A stretch of DNA of 64,000 nt from Paramecium tetraurelia (Eukaryota), in NCBI GenBank assembly GCA_000165425.1, contig CT868654.1, positions 248,001 to 312,000 on the forward strand, written 5' to 3'. The notes beneath the pieces were generated by a model. That model ran no database searches. It worked only from the letters and a program-made list of their open reading frames with translations, and was not told the DNA's origin. Below are positions 40,263-53,084 of this stretch, one piece after another. Within the stretch, counting starts at the first letter, position 1, and each line of letters opens with the position of its first letter. Position numbers and translations under genes: made by a program.

Positions 40263-40359
40263 CGGCAAATTTTAAAATTTCGGCAAATCAGAATCAATTT
40301 TAAACTCATAGGACTTGTCTTAACTATCTTGATTGTTCATTAAAATTATAAATATTTTT

Positions 40360-41071
40360 ATGAATAATTAAGATTTATAAGAATCATAAGATATTAGAGA
40401 ACTTATTAACTAAATTGGGGAAGGCCATAAAAACTCTGAAAAATTAAACATAACCCAAGATTGGGATGATTTCAATACTCCATTTTGTGATTACTCCTAT
40501 TTCACTATCACTGATTACTCTGATTTCTATGCTCATCTGGACCGTACTAATCTGAAGAATCACAAGTAATTTCAAGTTAAAGTTTTGGTAAACAGAATTT
40601 GAACGACGTAAAAGAAATAGAAGTAGCAGATATCGAAGACTCATTGTCATTGACCATAAAATAGGTTGAAAACATATCTGCCTAGATAAAACACTGCTGT
40701 TCTCAAAAGGAAACTTTGATCTCAACATAAATGTCTCAGCTTTCCAACAATAAAACTTTACTGAAGGATAAAATAGTCTTGCATAGTGAGAAAGATTTGG
40801 AAATTATAACTATGCTCATCATGCTTTTAGTTAAATAAAATCCTAATCCTAATTTCTTTTCCCAAGATTAGGAAGAGCAATTAGATATGCATATGAAAAT
40901 ATTATTTCAAATTCACACTAGTTATGAAGATTATTGTCAAGTAAAATTTATTCTATAAAGGCAAAAACACACATTTATTTTTAAAATTAAGACTAAATCA
41001 AATAAGAGATTGATATTATATTAGAGAAAGATTTTACAACGTATTTAATAAAAAAATTAGATGATGATTGA
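40360..41071 (+). pseudogene. disrupted coding remnant of unknown identity
   Basis: ATG 40360 ORF closes near 40600; protein-like segments continue in other frames with stops that no short intron I could find resolves. Confidence 0.35.
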
Positions 41072-41375
41072 AAATGAATTTAATTTCTTTCATTTTAATC
41101 ACATCCAATAATATTTAATTACAATATATCTACTTTTCAGTTTAAGAAATCTTAATTTATGAATAATCTTCATTACAAAATACAAAATTAAAAAGTAATT
41201 TTAAACCATATCTATAGTTAGCATTTAATAAATGGCATACTTATGTTTTAAGTGTATTGATATTTCTAAAATTGGATAATAAGTCATAAAATCAAGAATG
41301 AATCTGACTTGATGCTAGGTCAATTTCAAATTAAATTAAACATCAAAACTTATTAGAATAATGTGTATATTTTAA

Positions 41376-42945
41376 ATGGATTTTTATATAATGTTTGTTT
41401 TATTTATTATCTATTAATGCTATGCTCAATTTAATATATTAACCACAATTGGAGGGAAAAATATTTCAATATATGAAAATGAAGTGCAGAATCACTAATT
41501 TAGCGTGCATGAATAGTATCAATGTCATCCATCGGACTTATTCGAAGAGGATTAGAAATAGGGTAGTCGAATATTTTATATTTAAAATTTGCAATCCAAA
41601 GCCTTAAATCTAAGCATCATACCTATATCATTAAGACCGAGAGATATGCAATTGATAAATGTGCCAAATTAAGTCGAACAATAAGAAATAACAATTGAAG
41701 GGAGTTCAACATCAACATACAATATATATTATGAGTGTTATTAGAATTGGGCCTTTGTTGAGTTGCATGTTCGATATGAGAAGACTATTCTGAATTTTAG
41801 ATACATTAAGATTTGTGAGGACAAACTCTATTACCATGATTACCCTGATTTAATATTGGCAGTAATAGCCTTGATAATCACATACATTGGGGCAATATAT
41901 GGATAAAAGAGATTTAAATTGAAACCTGCATAAGCAGAACAACAAATCGACGAATTAGAATCATGTGAGTCCTTTTATAAGGCGAGACAAATATACTCCC
42001 CCTAATATTCTCAACCAGAGCAAATAATCAAAATGGGTGAATTTCAAACAACGCCAGACTCTGCTTAGATAATCTCTAGAAGAGGAAAAGAGACCAATCT
42101 AACCCTGAGAATATTCTTGTACCTATTCTTTGTTATTGGATTGCTAATTGCTTTGTTCTTATGGGGAGAGATCAGCATACTGGAGATTCCAATATACGGG
42201 ATCTATTTTGTTTGTGTTCAAATAGCCAATACAGATCTCTTGATATATATAGTTTCATCTTCCATCTCGCCCAACATAAAACTACCTTTATATGGAAGAG
42301 TAAAATTGATCAACTTATTCACTTATCTTTTGCAATTTGTATACACTTTCTTTCTAGTTCTGACAGACAATTGGGTGTTGAGAAGTTTCAGTTCGATTTG
42401 CCTTTTATTTTAATTAATTAGAGTATTGCAATTATTCATTAATTTAGTTCATGAAGTTTTACAATCTCCAACAATTACTATCAGTATATGGTGTTATTCT
42501 TGGGTTATCATATGTTATTTAGTATTAATTTGGGATTGAATTTCCGAAATTGCATTTCCCAAACACATTTTTCCTAGAGAATCCAAAGTTGACATGTTCA
42601 GGTACTACTTTGTTGCAATTAATGTTGCCCTGCTCTTTGCTAACTTATACAAGATACTTTAGAAGATAGACAAGATCACATTCCATATTATTTAAGTTGG
42701 GATATTTGAGTTATGTAATTGGAGTAGGTTTGACTCTCAAATCAGACGGAGATTACTTGTTATAGACGTTGATTGATAACTTTTTGCCATCAATAATGAT
42801 CTTTCTGACCATAAATGTGTATGGGATTGCGAGAAGGGAAATGAAGCAATTGTATTCAGGGATTGAACCTGGATTGCATAATAGAGCAATTTAATAATAA
42901 TATAGTTATGAATTAACAATTGATAAATATAATAAAAATTAGTGA
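41376..42945 (+). CDS. signal peptide peptidase-like (A22B) membrane protein, catalytic motifs degenerate (514 aa)
   Basis: Signal peptide, lumenal domain, multiple TM segments; NWVLRSF, FPKLHFP, LMLPCSLL, YLSYVIGVGLT, RREMKQLYSG follow the SPP/SPPL TM order; one 25-nt intron. Confidence 0.65.
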
Positions 42946-43151
42946 AGATTAAATAATTATAAGAGTGTCTGCTAATGTATTTGTACGAATCTTCTCTTAA
43001 AAACATAATTTAAGGGGAAAATAAGCAGGTATATTTTGTCTATCTGAATTAGAATTAATTTAGAGTTCTATTAAGTGTTATGATTTCTAGTAGACATATA
43101 AGAATATAAATTTAGTTGATTTTTGTTTTTTGATTCATTAATAAATATTAA

Positions 43152-44445
43152 ATGCAATAGTAGCAGCAATGTTTTCACAATTAAGAGATTACTAGAATCC
43201 ATTTATAACCTGAATTTCAAACAGTTCAATTGCTTTGTGAAGAATGTGTTGAAGACAGGGGACTTACAACGAAATTTGAATAACTGGTGTTACTATAAAA
43301 AGTACTCTTGTTTCATAGTTGAAGGTAAAAAAACAACCTGAAGAATTACTCAGTAAAATTAATTTAGATAGCACTGTCAAAGTGTTCTTGTCCAGACTTC
43401 TTAAGGCGACTGAAGACGATCTAAAAATAACAAAAAGAAGATGGAGCGAACGTTTATAAGCAATTAAATAAATGTTTGATAAACTTATAAACGAGACAGA
43501 AACGTACTTTGATTAATTAAAAAAAGAACTAGAAGAGTTCAGAAAAGGATTGGTTACAGTATGAATTAATATTCTATTTCTAGATTGTGAACTTTAGTCG
43601 ATTTGAGCAATTGATTTAGGATGATTAATAAACCAATAAAGAGATTTAAATAGTAAATTATATAAAAGAATTAGAAAGCGGAATAACTGGTTAAAAAAAA
43701 ACAGACATTCTCAATCTTATCAATGGCTACAAAGAAAAAATTAAAAAGTAATCTTTTTCAATCATTACTTATAAGTACTCAGATTCCTTCTATTACAGAT
43801 AGACTCAGCAAAATAACCTCAGAAATGAATGAATATCAATCAACTGTTACTAAGTACTCGTAAAAATGTAATCCTGATATCCTCCCACAATTACCATAAT
43901 TACCACTATAACAATCATCAAAGATTCTATCTTAGAGAAACTTTGAGAAATTACTAGAGAGAATTACCAATCAAAAAAGATCCACAACTAATTTGATCTA
44001 CCAAGCTTAATAATAATAAGGAATCAATTCAGAATCCTTTTGGAATAGTGTGAACAATAAGATCAATCTCTTGATGATATTTAAATCTAAAAACAAAGCC
44101 ATTTTTGGTGGCTATACACCTTGTTAATGGAAAAAACTATCAACTCCACTTCAATAAGGAGTTTATGATGAAAACTCAATCTCCTTTCTGTTTTGTTTGA
44201 ATGGTGAAGATTTGAAGTTCTTCCCAATCAAAAGAGAAAATAAACCAGCCATAATCCTCAACTCATCATAAGGTCCAAATTTTGGAGGCGATCTGAATAT
44301 CAATGCAGATTTTCAGGGAGGCACCATTAATTTAGGTACTACCTATTCTAACGATATCCTGCCAGGATAACCGCAACTGATATTTGGAAGTCAGAACTAG
44401 CCAAATATTAATGAATGTGAAATAATTTAGATAATTCCTTAATGA
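43152..44445 (+). CDS. TLDc domain protein with N-terminal Cys/His motif and coiled coil
   Basis: LIYQA..GINSESFW, LMIFKSKNKAIFGGYTPCQW, SFLFCL, GPNFGGDLNI, ECEI. Confidence 0.85.
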
Positions 44446-44538
44446 TAAGAAGAATGAATTATAAATATGGTCATTATATTCAAAATGAAAGTATGTGTAA
44501 AGATAATAATTGATATATAAACATAAATAATGTGAAAT

Positions 44539-47500
44539 TCATCTAGCAACAGAAAATTCCAATTTAACATTCATGGCTGCCAACTCATTTACAAGATATC
44601 TGAGTACAAATGGTATGGCTACCTTAGAACATTTTGCTTGTTTGCATCTCACACAATAAGGATGAGAACTCTACACAGACTGTATATTCTCTAGGGACAA
44701 TAATTATACAAATTGATAAGTGGCTAACATGTTCCCACATTTATCACAGATGTAGGCTATGAATGATATATAATGTAATACTTTCAGAGTAATCAGAACA
44801 TTTGAGCAAACGATCATTGATACAATAAGCAACTCCATGAGCAATGAGAGCATCTCTTTCCATCTCACCCAATCTGATACCTCCTCCCTTCTTTCTACCT
44901 TTGATTGGTTATTGAGTGAGAACATCAACAGGTCCCATGCTTCTGGCTTGGGATTTGTCTGATACCATATGTCTCAATCTTTAATAATAGACCACTCCGA
45001 AGTAGATGTCTACCTTAAGAGGAGTTCCGTAAATACCAGAATACAAGGTCTCATTTCCATGATAGTTGTAACCATGTTTAATTAATTGTTTACCAAAGTA
45101 ATCCACAACATTATCATTCTCATAATTTTGGAATGGGTGAGTTTCAAACATCTCTCCTTATAAAACATTTGCCTTAGCAGCCATACTTTCTATTAACATA
45201 CCAATGGTCATTCTAGATGGGAAAGCGTGAGGATTAATTATGATATCTGGTACCATACCTGATTCAGAGAATGGCATATCAATTTATGGCCACAATAAGG
45301 ACATCACACCTTTCTAGCCATGACGAGATGAAAATTTGTCACCTATAATAGGATTACGATTGATTCTATATTTGATCATGACTGACACATCATTTTCAGA
45401 TTTATTCACCACAGCCACTTATTCAATTCTAGCTGTCTCACTGTCTTTTGAATGATAAACTTTGACCTATTGCAATTGGCTGTCATAGAGAGCTAATACT
45501 GCAGAGCCTTTAGTAACAACTTAGGATTATTCAGGTAATCCATAAGGTAACAAATTTACTGGAACTTGAGCTTTAATCTGATTGTATAATTGTATAGGTA
45601 TTTGACTTAGTAACTTGTATTTAACTTCCTTGTCTTCATTCAAGGAATACTCTGAAGATTTATAAATAATGCCATGGCCGAATCCTCTCTCATAACTTGA
45701 TTTGCATAAGATCATAGCATCTTCCATATCGTATCCTGTATAACTGATGACTGCCACTATTGCATTAGTTCCACTGGCATAATCAGCGAATTAGTAATCA
45801 TCATAACCGAAACATCTGACAACTGGTTTTTGAGGAAATAGAATTCGATACATTTTATTATCAAATCTATAAGGGTAATTGTGACAGGGAGATCCCATAG
45901 TTTGTTTAGCCATTTGACATTGATACATATTCCTTGGACTTTGATTATAATTTAAGAATGGAACATTGGAAGCCAAAATACTTAGAATGTATGCTGGATC
46001 TATTTCTTGATACTAGGTGTCAGTACGAATGTCAGCCTAAGTACAAGCGATACTCATATTGATCTATTCCAAAGGACTGATCCATTCAATTGTATTCAAC
46101 TTCAAATTAATAACTGGCCTCATTAATCTGGCCACAGTAGTGTTTATATAAATTCCAGGAAACAGAGGAGATTTGTTCTCCTATCTCGGAAGACAAGCCA
46201 CTTCTGTTGTTTCCTTAATTGTGCCATTTGATTTGTACACTCTAAGTGTATGTTCAAAGGTTGGTAACAATGAGGAATTTAAATATCCAATTAATTTACC
46301 ATTCAATACTACTGGAAGATCATTTTTAGAGTAGATCAAACGTTGAGATTGCACTCCTAAAGGAAATAGTAATTCTTCAACATCTTGTTCATCTGGATGA
46401 GTCAAGGGTACACAACTCATTGTAATGTGATTGAGTAGACCACAAGGTCCTCCATCTGGAGTATGGACAGGACAGACAAATCCCCAAACATCTGGAAGTA
46501 ATTTACGAACAGTTGTAGTTTTCATTTATGCAAAATAGGATCCTCTGTGAACTGATCTAAAATGAGAGAGAAATCTCATATTATTTAATTTATCAGCAAT
46601 GATAGTAAATCCACTTGCTTCCATTAGATCCAATCCAGTTTATGATCTCAAATTACCAGTGGCTAAGAAATTTTCCAATTTTTCACCCACGGTAGTTTAT
46701 AAATCAAAGCATCTTTTAAAATAAGCCAAGTCTTTCAATTTTGATTATTCCTTAGATGCATCTTTCAATATTTTCTCTCTGACTCCGACTAATAAATCTT
46801 CTAATTTTTCTCTCAAATATGCAGTATAGAGATGACCAGACAGGAGAACTTCCTGATTGACTAAGGAATCAAGATTGTCAGGATTGATTTCATCTATAAA
46901 AAGAGCATATAACTTTTCAATGCACAATAAGAGAATAGAGGCTTTGTCTTAATCATTTTCAAGATGAACACAAATGTGTTCTCTCAAGAATATGCGTCCG
47001 ACTTAGAGATCAGTGGTCTCAGGATTAAAGATGTTGAGTTCCACTCTTAGTAATCTACCAATATATTCAAGGGCATCCTTTTGAGTGTTGATTCCTCTTG
47101 ATTTAGCATCTGCAATCATGACTTCCACTCTATCAGAGATATCTGACTTGTCTGCTTATGAACGCACTATCTATTAATAAATTTGATAATCATTCATGTC
47201 TGTTAATGCTCTTAATAATATTATTACTGGCATTTGCAATTCCTTCTTCTTCAAGATGATACGCAAGTACACATTACCATCCATCAAGTAATGTAGTGTG
47301 ATAGTTCTTGCATATTGATCTGATCTCACACACTTCATCTAAACTGCAAATGGAGAGAAGTTGAATCCCTTGTTCTTGTAACCAGGTCTCTTGAATGCAA
47401 TTGGGTAGTTCCTTTTCTAAATGATCAACATTCTTATAATCTTCTCATTGCCATTGATTATAAAGTAACCTCCGAATTCATTGCAATCTTCCTGTTATTA

Positions 47501-47937
47501 CACCAATTCTTTCTTTTAACCAAATCAAAAATACCTTCAGCACTCAGCCCATTCAAGTGACACTTCTGACTCTTCACCAATATTGGTATCTCTCCCAGAG
47601 ACAAACGGACTGTCTCCTTTGGATTATCATCTATCTCTCTGCAAATAGTTGCTAACATTGGAGCTGTGTAACTCTTCTTCATCTATCTACATTGAGTTGG
47701 CAGAACTCTATTGTCTCCCAACATTCCTTATTATGTTGGCATCCCTATCTATAGTTCCTCAATCCAGATTTTCATATTCTTGAATGGCAACCGAATGTCT
47801 CGATTCCCAGGCACACAAACCTCTATTGGACTTAGATGTCGACATATCTCAATCAAACCATGAGTGTACAAGTAATTAAAACTCTCAATGTGATGCTTGG
47901 CAGCCACTCTCAATTGATCCCCTTATTAAATTTCCAT
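44539..47937 (-). CDS. RPA2: DNA-directed RNA polymerase I second-largest subunit
   Basis: [90 protein letters not shown]; 26- and 25-nt introns give 1,115 aa. Confidence 0.96.
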
Positions 47938-47965
47938 AAATTAAAATTTTATATTAAATATAACA

Positions 47966-49821
47966 TCATCTCTATTAATCTAGGAAACGACCCAAACTAA
48001 TGACTGGAAAGGAACGAGCATAGCTTGGATATTGCAAATACAGTAATCCTCTATGACCAGTACCCACTACTGAAATATCCTTGAACTCACCATCTCTCTC
48101 AAAGGAGTCCTAACAAAAATTCCACTGCTTTCTCAATTGCCTCCTTCACATCGTAATGATCTTCCACTGCCAATAATCCCAACAATCCCCATGAAGTCTA
48201 AGTGACTGTCGACACTCCAATCCCATTATACTTCTTAGGATCACGGTAACTCAAAGTAGTCTCTCCAAATCCTCCATCTGCATTTTACTTACTAACCAAC
48301 CAATTAACAGCCTTTGCCCACCCATTACTCTGTCAAAGAATACTTCATCTTCTTTAATGCTGGCAACACAGCACCTGCAGCATATATGTAATTGATGCCC
48401 CATCTACCTTCCCAAGAACCAAAATTCTCTTGGGTATCCATAAAGTATTTCAAAGATTTAACAACTACATCATAATTACTTCGATCAGAACTTATTAAAC
48501 CCTCTAAAATATGAGCAGTGACATCCGGTGAAGATGGATCAAATATTTCAGCTGAATCTGCTATTCCTGCTATTTTGAATGCATATTTATATAAAGGATT
48601 CTTTCCCATCTTACCCTTATCGAATGCAGGGAATCCACCATCGGTATTCTAAACACTGTAAACAAATTCAGCTCCCTTATCCATGGCATCTGCATAATCA
48701 GTCCCATAATATGATAACACTTACAATAAGAGACCAGTATCATCAGCATCAGGAGCATAGCCAAAATCATAGCCATACTCAATTCCTCCATTTGGTTAGA
48801 CTCCCTTTTACAACATATTCTCAACAATTGGTCTGACCTTCTCTTTGTCTTCTCCAGATTCCAACATAGCCCAAGAAATCAAAATAGTATCCCACCATCT
48901 TCCATCATCCAAACTACCATGATAAGCTTATCTAAAATTGAAATAATTGAATTCGACAAAGTCAAGTCCCTTCTTCAAAGCATCACTAATCTCACTCTTA
49001 TGCTTATTCGTTCTTCCGGTGTAATCATTCAGAGCCAACATCGATAACAGCGTAGATACAGTGTACCCTCCAAAGCTACCCATGGGTTATCTTAGTTTCA
49101 ACATTTCTTAAACAAGATTGTTGATAAAGAAGGAAGGTCTACCCTTTTTCTGATGATTCTTAATTTTTGGTGCTTTATTCTTGTACAACTCACTTATGCT
49201 GACAGCCACATTGAAAATGATCCTCTAATTCTACAAATAGGCCAAAGCAGTCATATGAGGATATACCCATTGAGCAGTGATGTCCTTGATATAAAGGGGA
49301 TTGAACTTTTTATAAAATAATATTAATGGAATTTTGAACAATTTCTTCCATGGATATTATCCAAACATCGCCAACTTAAACTTGGTCATAGTTTGAGCCT
49401 TCTCTATCCCTCCATTTGCCTTTATCCATTCCTATGCCTTCTTCATTGTATCAGTGTGAATGTCAATTCCAACAGCTTTCAAATACCAATAATTAAATAT
49501 GGTGGCATCCAATTACCCAGTCTAAATGTATGCATCCTCCACTTAAACCCAAGAGCCATCTGGAAGTTGAGAGCCAAGTAAAATTTAAGTGAATTTGGAT
49601 TCTTCAAATTAAGAATTCTATATTCCAAGTGCCTTGAGTTCAAAATAATACTCACTCAAAAAGAGAGTACCCAAGTAAGTGGGATAGACCCATTCATTAT
49701 CTGTTAATTCATTCCAACAGATTTCTCTGGCATCTCGAATAACAGTCTAAACCCTCTCGATATCTACCTTGGAAGTAACAACCACCATTAGTAATATAAG
49801 AACAAGTATCTTTTTGATCAT
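47966..49821 (-). CDS. squalene-tetrahymanol (squalene-hopene family) cyclase; two apparent +1 frameshifts near 48318 and 48110
   Basis: QLPDGSW and QNTDGGF QW repeats, APDADDTG (DxDD), GSWEGRWGINYIY, QNADGGFGE, VGTGHRGLLYLQYPSY; N-terminal hydrophobic anchor; intronless. Confidence 0.9.
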
Positions 49822-49916
49822 TTTAATAATATTATTTAAAAATGAGAATTAACTACCCCGTTAAAAATAATTAAATTATAGTATATTTATTTAATAAAAT
49901 AGGTAGAAATTTATCT

Positions 49917-50300
49917 TCAATATCGAGCCTCTCCCACTATATTTGTGAATTCTTATGCTTCATTCAAACCCTATTCCCAATCATAGCCAGTTGTATATGA
50001 AAATATTTTAATTCAAATTATTAAATTTTGCTCTTTATTTTTCATTCTAATTGTATTATCTACCTATTCAGTGAACACCATTCATATGACTTGTTTCCAA
50101 CATACATGTAACACTCTAACTAATTAAATAACTGTTATATTTCTCTTAAAATCGATTGCTATCTTTCTAATTATATGTCGCCATATTGAACTGGATATAC
50201 TCATCACATAAAGATGTCATCTAAATCCATCTAATCTCTTACTGTCCACATTAATTTATCATTGATTGAATTAGCAGCAGTAGAGTATTATACAATTCTT
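49917..50300 (-). pseudogene. possible decayed Rae1/Gle2-like WD40 remnant
   Basis: Fragments VYPVQ and IFSYTTGYDWEQG resemble Rae1/Bub3 VYPVN and Rae1 IFAYAVSYDWSKG; multiple stops. Confidence 0.35.
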
Positions 50301-50648
50301 GTTATTTTAAGACTTTTATTTATAACGTTTCATAAGTTTCATTAGAGATTATTTTAAGGAGCAATTAAATATTCGTAATTAGCTGTTGAACTAGAATTAG
50401 CACACTTATGTAAATACAAATGTTAATAAATATTTTCCCATTCTTATTAATTGTTTATCTGAAGAATAATAATGTCTCTTACTATTTTTGAAATGCTTTA
50501 TGAAATAATTATTATCTTGAATTCTTACGATTTTTCAAAAGCGTAAAATAATTGATTATTATTTTTCAATTTGTATTTATCTATATATGATTATTAATTT
50601 AATAGATTATAATATTGATAAAATTAATAAAATATGAAAAAGTATAAT

Positions 50649-53058
50649 TCAAAGCAAACATTTTAAGTTATTTACAAACTCTAATTATTACAGTTTCAAT
50701 CTAACATCTAATCGGAAGAATAATTTCTTTAAGATCGCTTCTTACTTTCTGAAATTCATTTTGGCTATTTATTGATTGTTGACAATTATGGTTGACTTTT
50801 TACTCAAGCTATTATTACGAAGTATGTTGACTTATGATGAGCACTGAACCTTTTTAAGTCCTTTAATTTGATCAAGCTTTTTGATTTATTGAGTGATTGA
50901 TTAATCAAATAGTTTGTTTGCATTTTTGAGATCTAATTATGATTCTTGATCCTATAAGGTGTTCAATTGTCGAAAGTTGTGAGAATCGAATTAGAACTAA
51001 GAATTTTAACTTGATGAGTTGAATGATTATTAAGTGATTAATTTTTAAGATAGGCTTTATTTTGAGATTCTCTGAGGCAGTTTAAAAGATTCTTATTGAG
51101 AGGTTTCACTAATAACAGATGATCTCCTATTTTTTAGTGGAGTAATTTTACTTTCTGGTCGAATCAGTGCAGATCCTACTTAGATTGGAGGAGACATCAT
51201 CCTTATACTTGATTTCACAGTAGCTAATAGATTTTTAGGTTTCGGTGTTTTCTTTTTGTTTATTAATCATATTAACCAAGGTTTCTAAATCTTACTTTGC
51301 TTATTCTATGTTTCTTTTGGCGGAGCTTCTTTCAGTCAGCAGTGGATCTTTAAGGGTTTTCTTGTTTGGTGATCGATTGCTCTATTGCAGTACTAAATCC
51401 ATTTTGTGTGACAAGCGATTAGTAGTTTAATCATTTTCATAAGATTGTATAGTCTCCAAAGTATTCTTCTTATATTTATTAGGTTTATCAAAGGGTTGTA
51501 ATTGTAGAGGAAAATCTTTTTTGTTTGAATCAGTATCCAAGATATCAACAAAGCTATCTTATTATTAGATGAATCCACTATTATTTTGTAAATCAATACC
51601 AGATTATGCAGACATACTATCTAATCTTTTATTGGATCTTGAATTGCAATTGTTTTATTTAGATTTCTTTTTGTTCAGAGTGTCATTAAAATTAGTGAAT
51701 TGATTATCATTTTAGAAGGTTGGTAAGGAATCTTGTAATTCTTATTTATTTTGACTCAGTAATAATTGATCAATAGGTTTATCTGGTTTGTTGACATGAA
51801 TTTTATGAAGCAGGTTGTCTAATTTGATTGGAGTAGGATTATGAGGTAGATCTTCAACTTAACTTTGATGCAATTGAATCAGACTTTTTTATCTGCAGCG
51901 ATCCTTATTATCTTGTGGTTGAATGGGTTTTTCAAAATTTAAACTCTCCCTTATGGTTGCTAGCTTTTAGGCTAAAGTTAATCCTTCTGGTTCTATTTGA
52001 AATGGTTTATCAATGGTAGTAGATCTTCTGGAATCCATGGTTTTCTTTTTGCAATCCCAGTCTTCAAATAAGGATTGCTTCAGTATAAGAACATTGCTCT
52101 TATGATGGATTTGATTGGTTTGATTGGTCTTGTCAGTTAGATTGAGACTGGTGTCTAGGATCTTGTTCTCTTTGATATAAGCGAATGAGCATAATGAGTA
52201 TTCTGATTGAAGGAGAGAAATGTGTTGAAATTATCTCTGTTTGAATTTGAATTCTAAGTCGTTGCAGTAATGCATTTTTTGAAAGATCTACTGGTTAGTA
52301 AAGAATTGATGAGTTTGGATATCTTCAATGGAGTATTGTAAAATGGTGTTGTTATTTTGGATAGCAAAGAGGTACTTATCAGTTGCGAAGATGTCTTGGA
52401 TGTCTTTCATTTTGACTCTGATCATCTTTTAATTGAAGAGATATAATTCTCCACTTTCAGTTATGGCCACTCCCCCAAAAGAGAGGAGAATGGACTTCTT
52501 AAAGTAAGTGTTCAATTTCAATCCATTGAGTTATGGTATGGGGAGAGTGTTATTGTCGACAACGTTGAATATCTTGCCACCGATGGTGATGAGAGTGATT
52601 CGATTCTAGTAGGAGGAGATGTGTTTGCAATGACTATAAATTTGTTTATTGGTTTTCCAGATGAAACCTCTGTGAGATTGATCGATGGCTGCGATAGGGG
52701 AGATCCACTTATAATGATTTCCACTTTTGAGTAGACGAGGTGGTTGTTCGATTTAATAGATGTCTCCGTTCTCTAAATGTGGTTATACAATCGAAGTTAC
52801 CTAGCAAGGAGTATATGAGTTAGCCATCAGTGCAAATCATGGAGACTTCAGCTTAAACGATAACGCTGTCGGAACAAGTGCTATCAAGGACACTGACCTT
52901 GCGAAGGAGAGAGTTCTCTAAGGTATACGAGAGCAGTACCTATGTAGTAAATGAGTTTGCCTATGCGTAAGGCTTGGGTGAATTGAAATTGGAGATAGTG
53001 TAAATTCTAGCTTGGTAGTGTGTATAAATACCTCGATGTCTTCGAAAATAACAGACAT
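50649..53058 (-). CDS. protein with RCC1-like beta-propeller N-terminal region and low-complexity/helical C-terminus
   Basis: ICTDGQLIYSLLENGDIY, ITLITIGGKIF, GVAITESGELYLF; TGA at 50649; 5' exon structure ambiguous. Confidence 0.55.
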
Positions 53059-53084
53059 ATTAATTCGTTAATATATATTAAATA

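Noticed and set aside
42975..43133. Possible micro-ORF with a 24-nt intron-like segment
   Set aside because: Short, no motif, and a 3n intron without a stop; consistent with chance in AT-rich DNA
52937..52962. Possible GC-AG intron in the RCC1-like gene
   Set aside because: The region also reads through in frame without it; cannot be decided without RNA data
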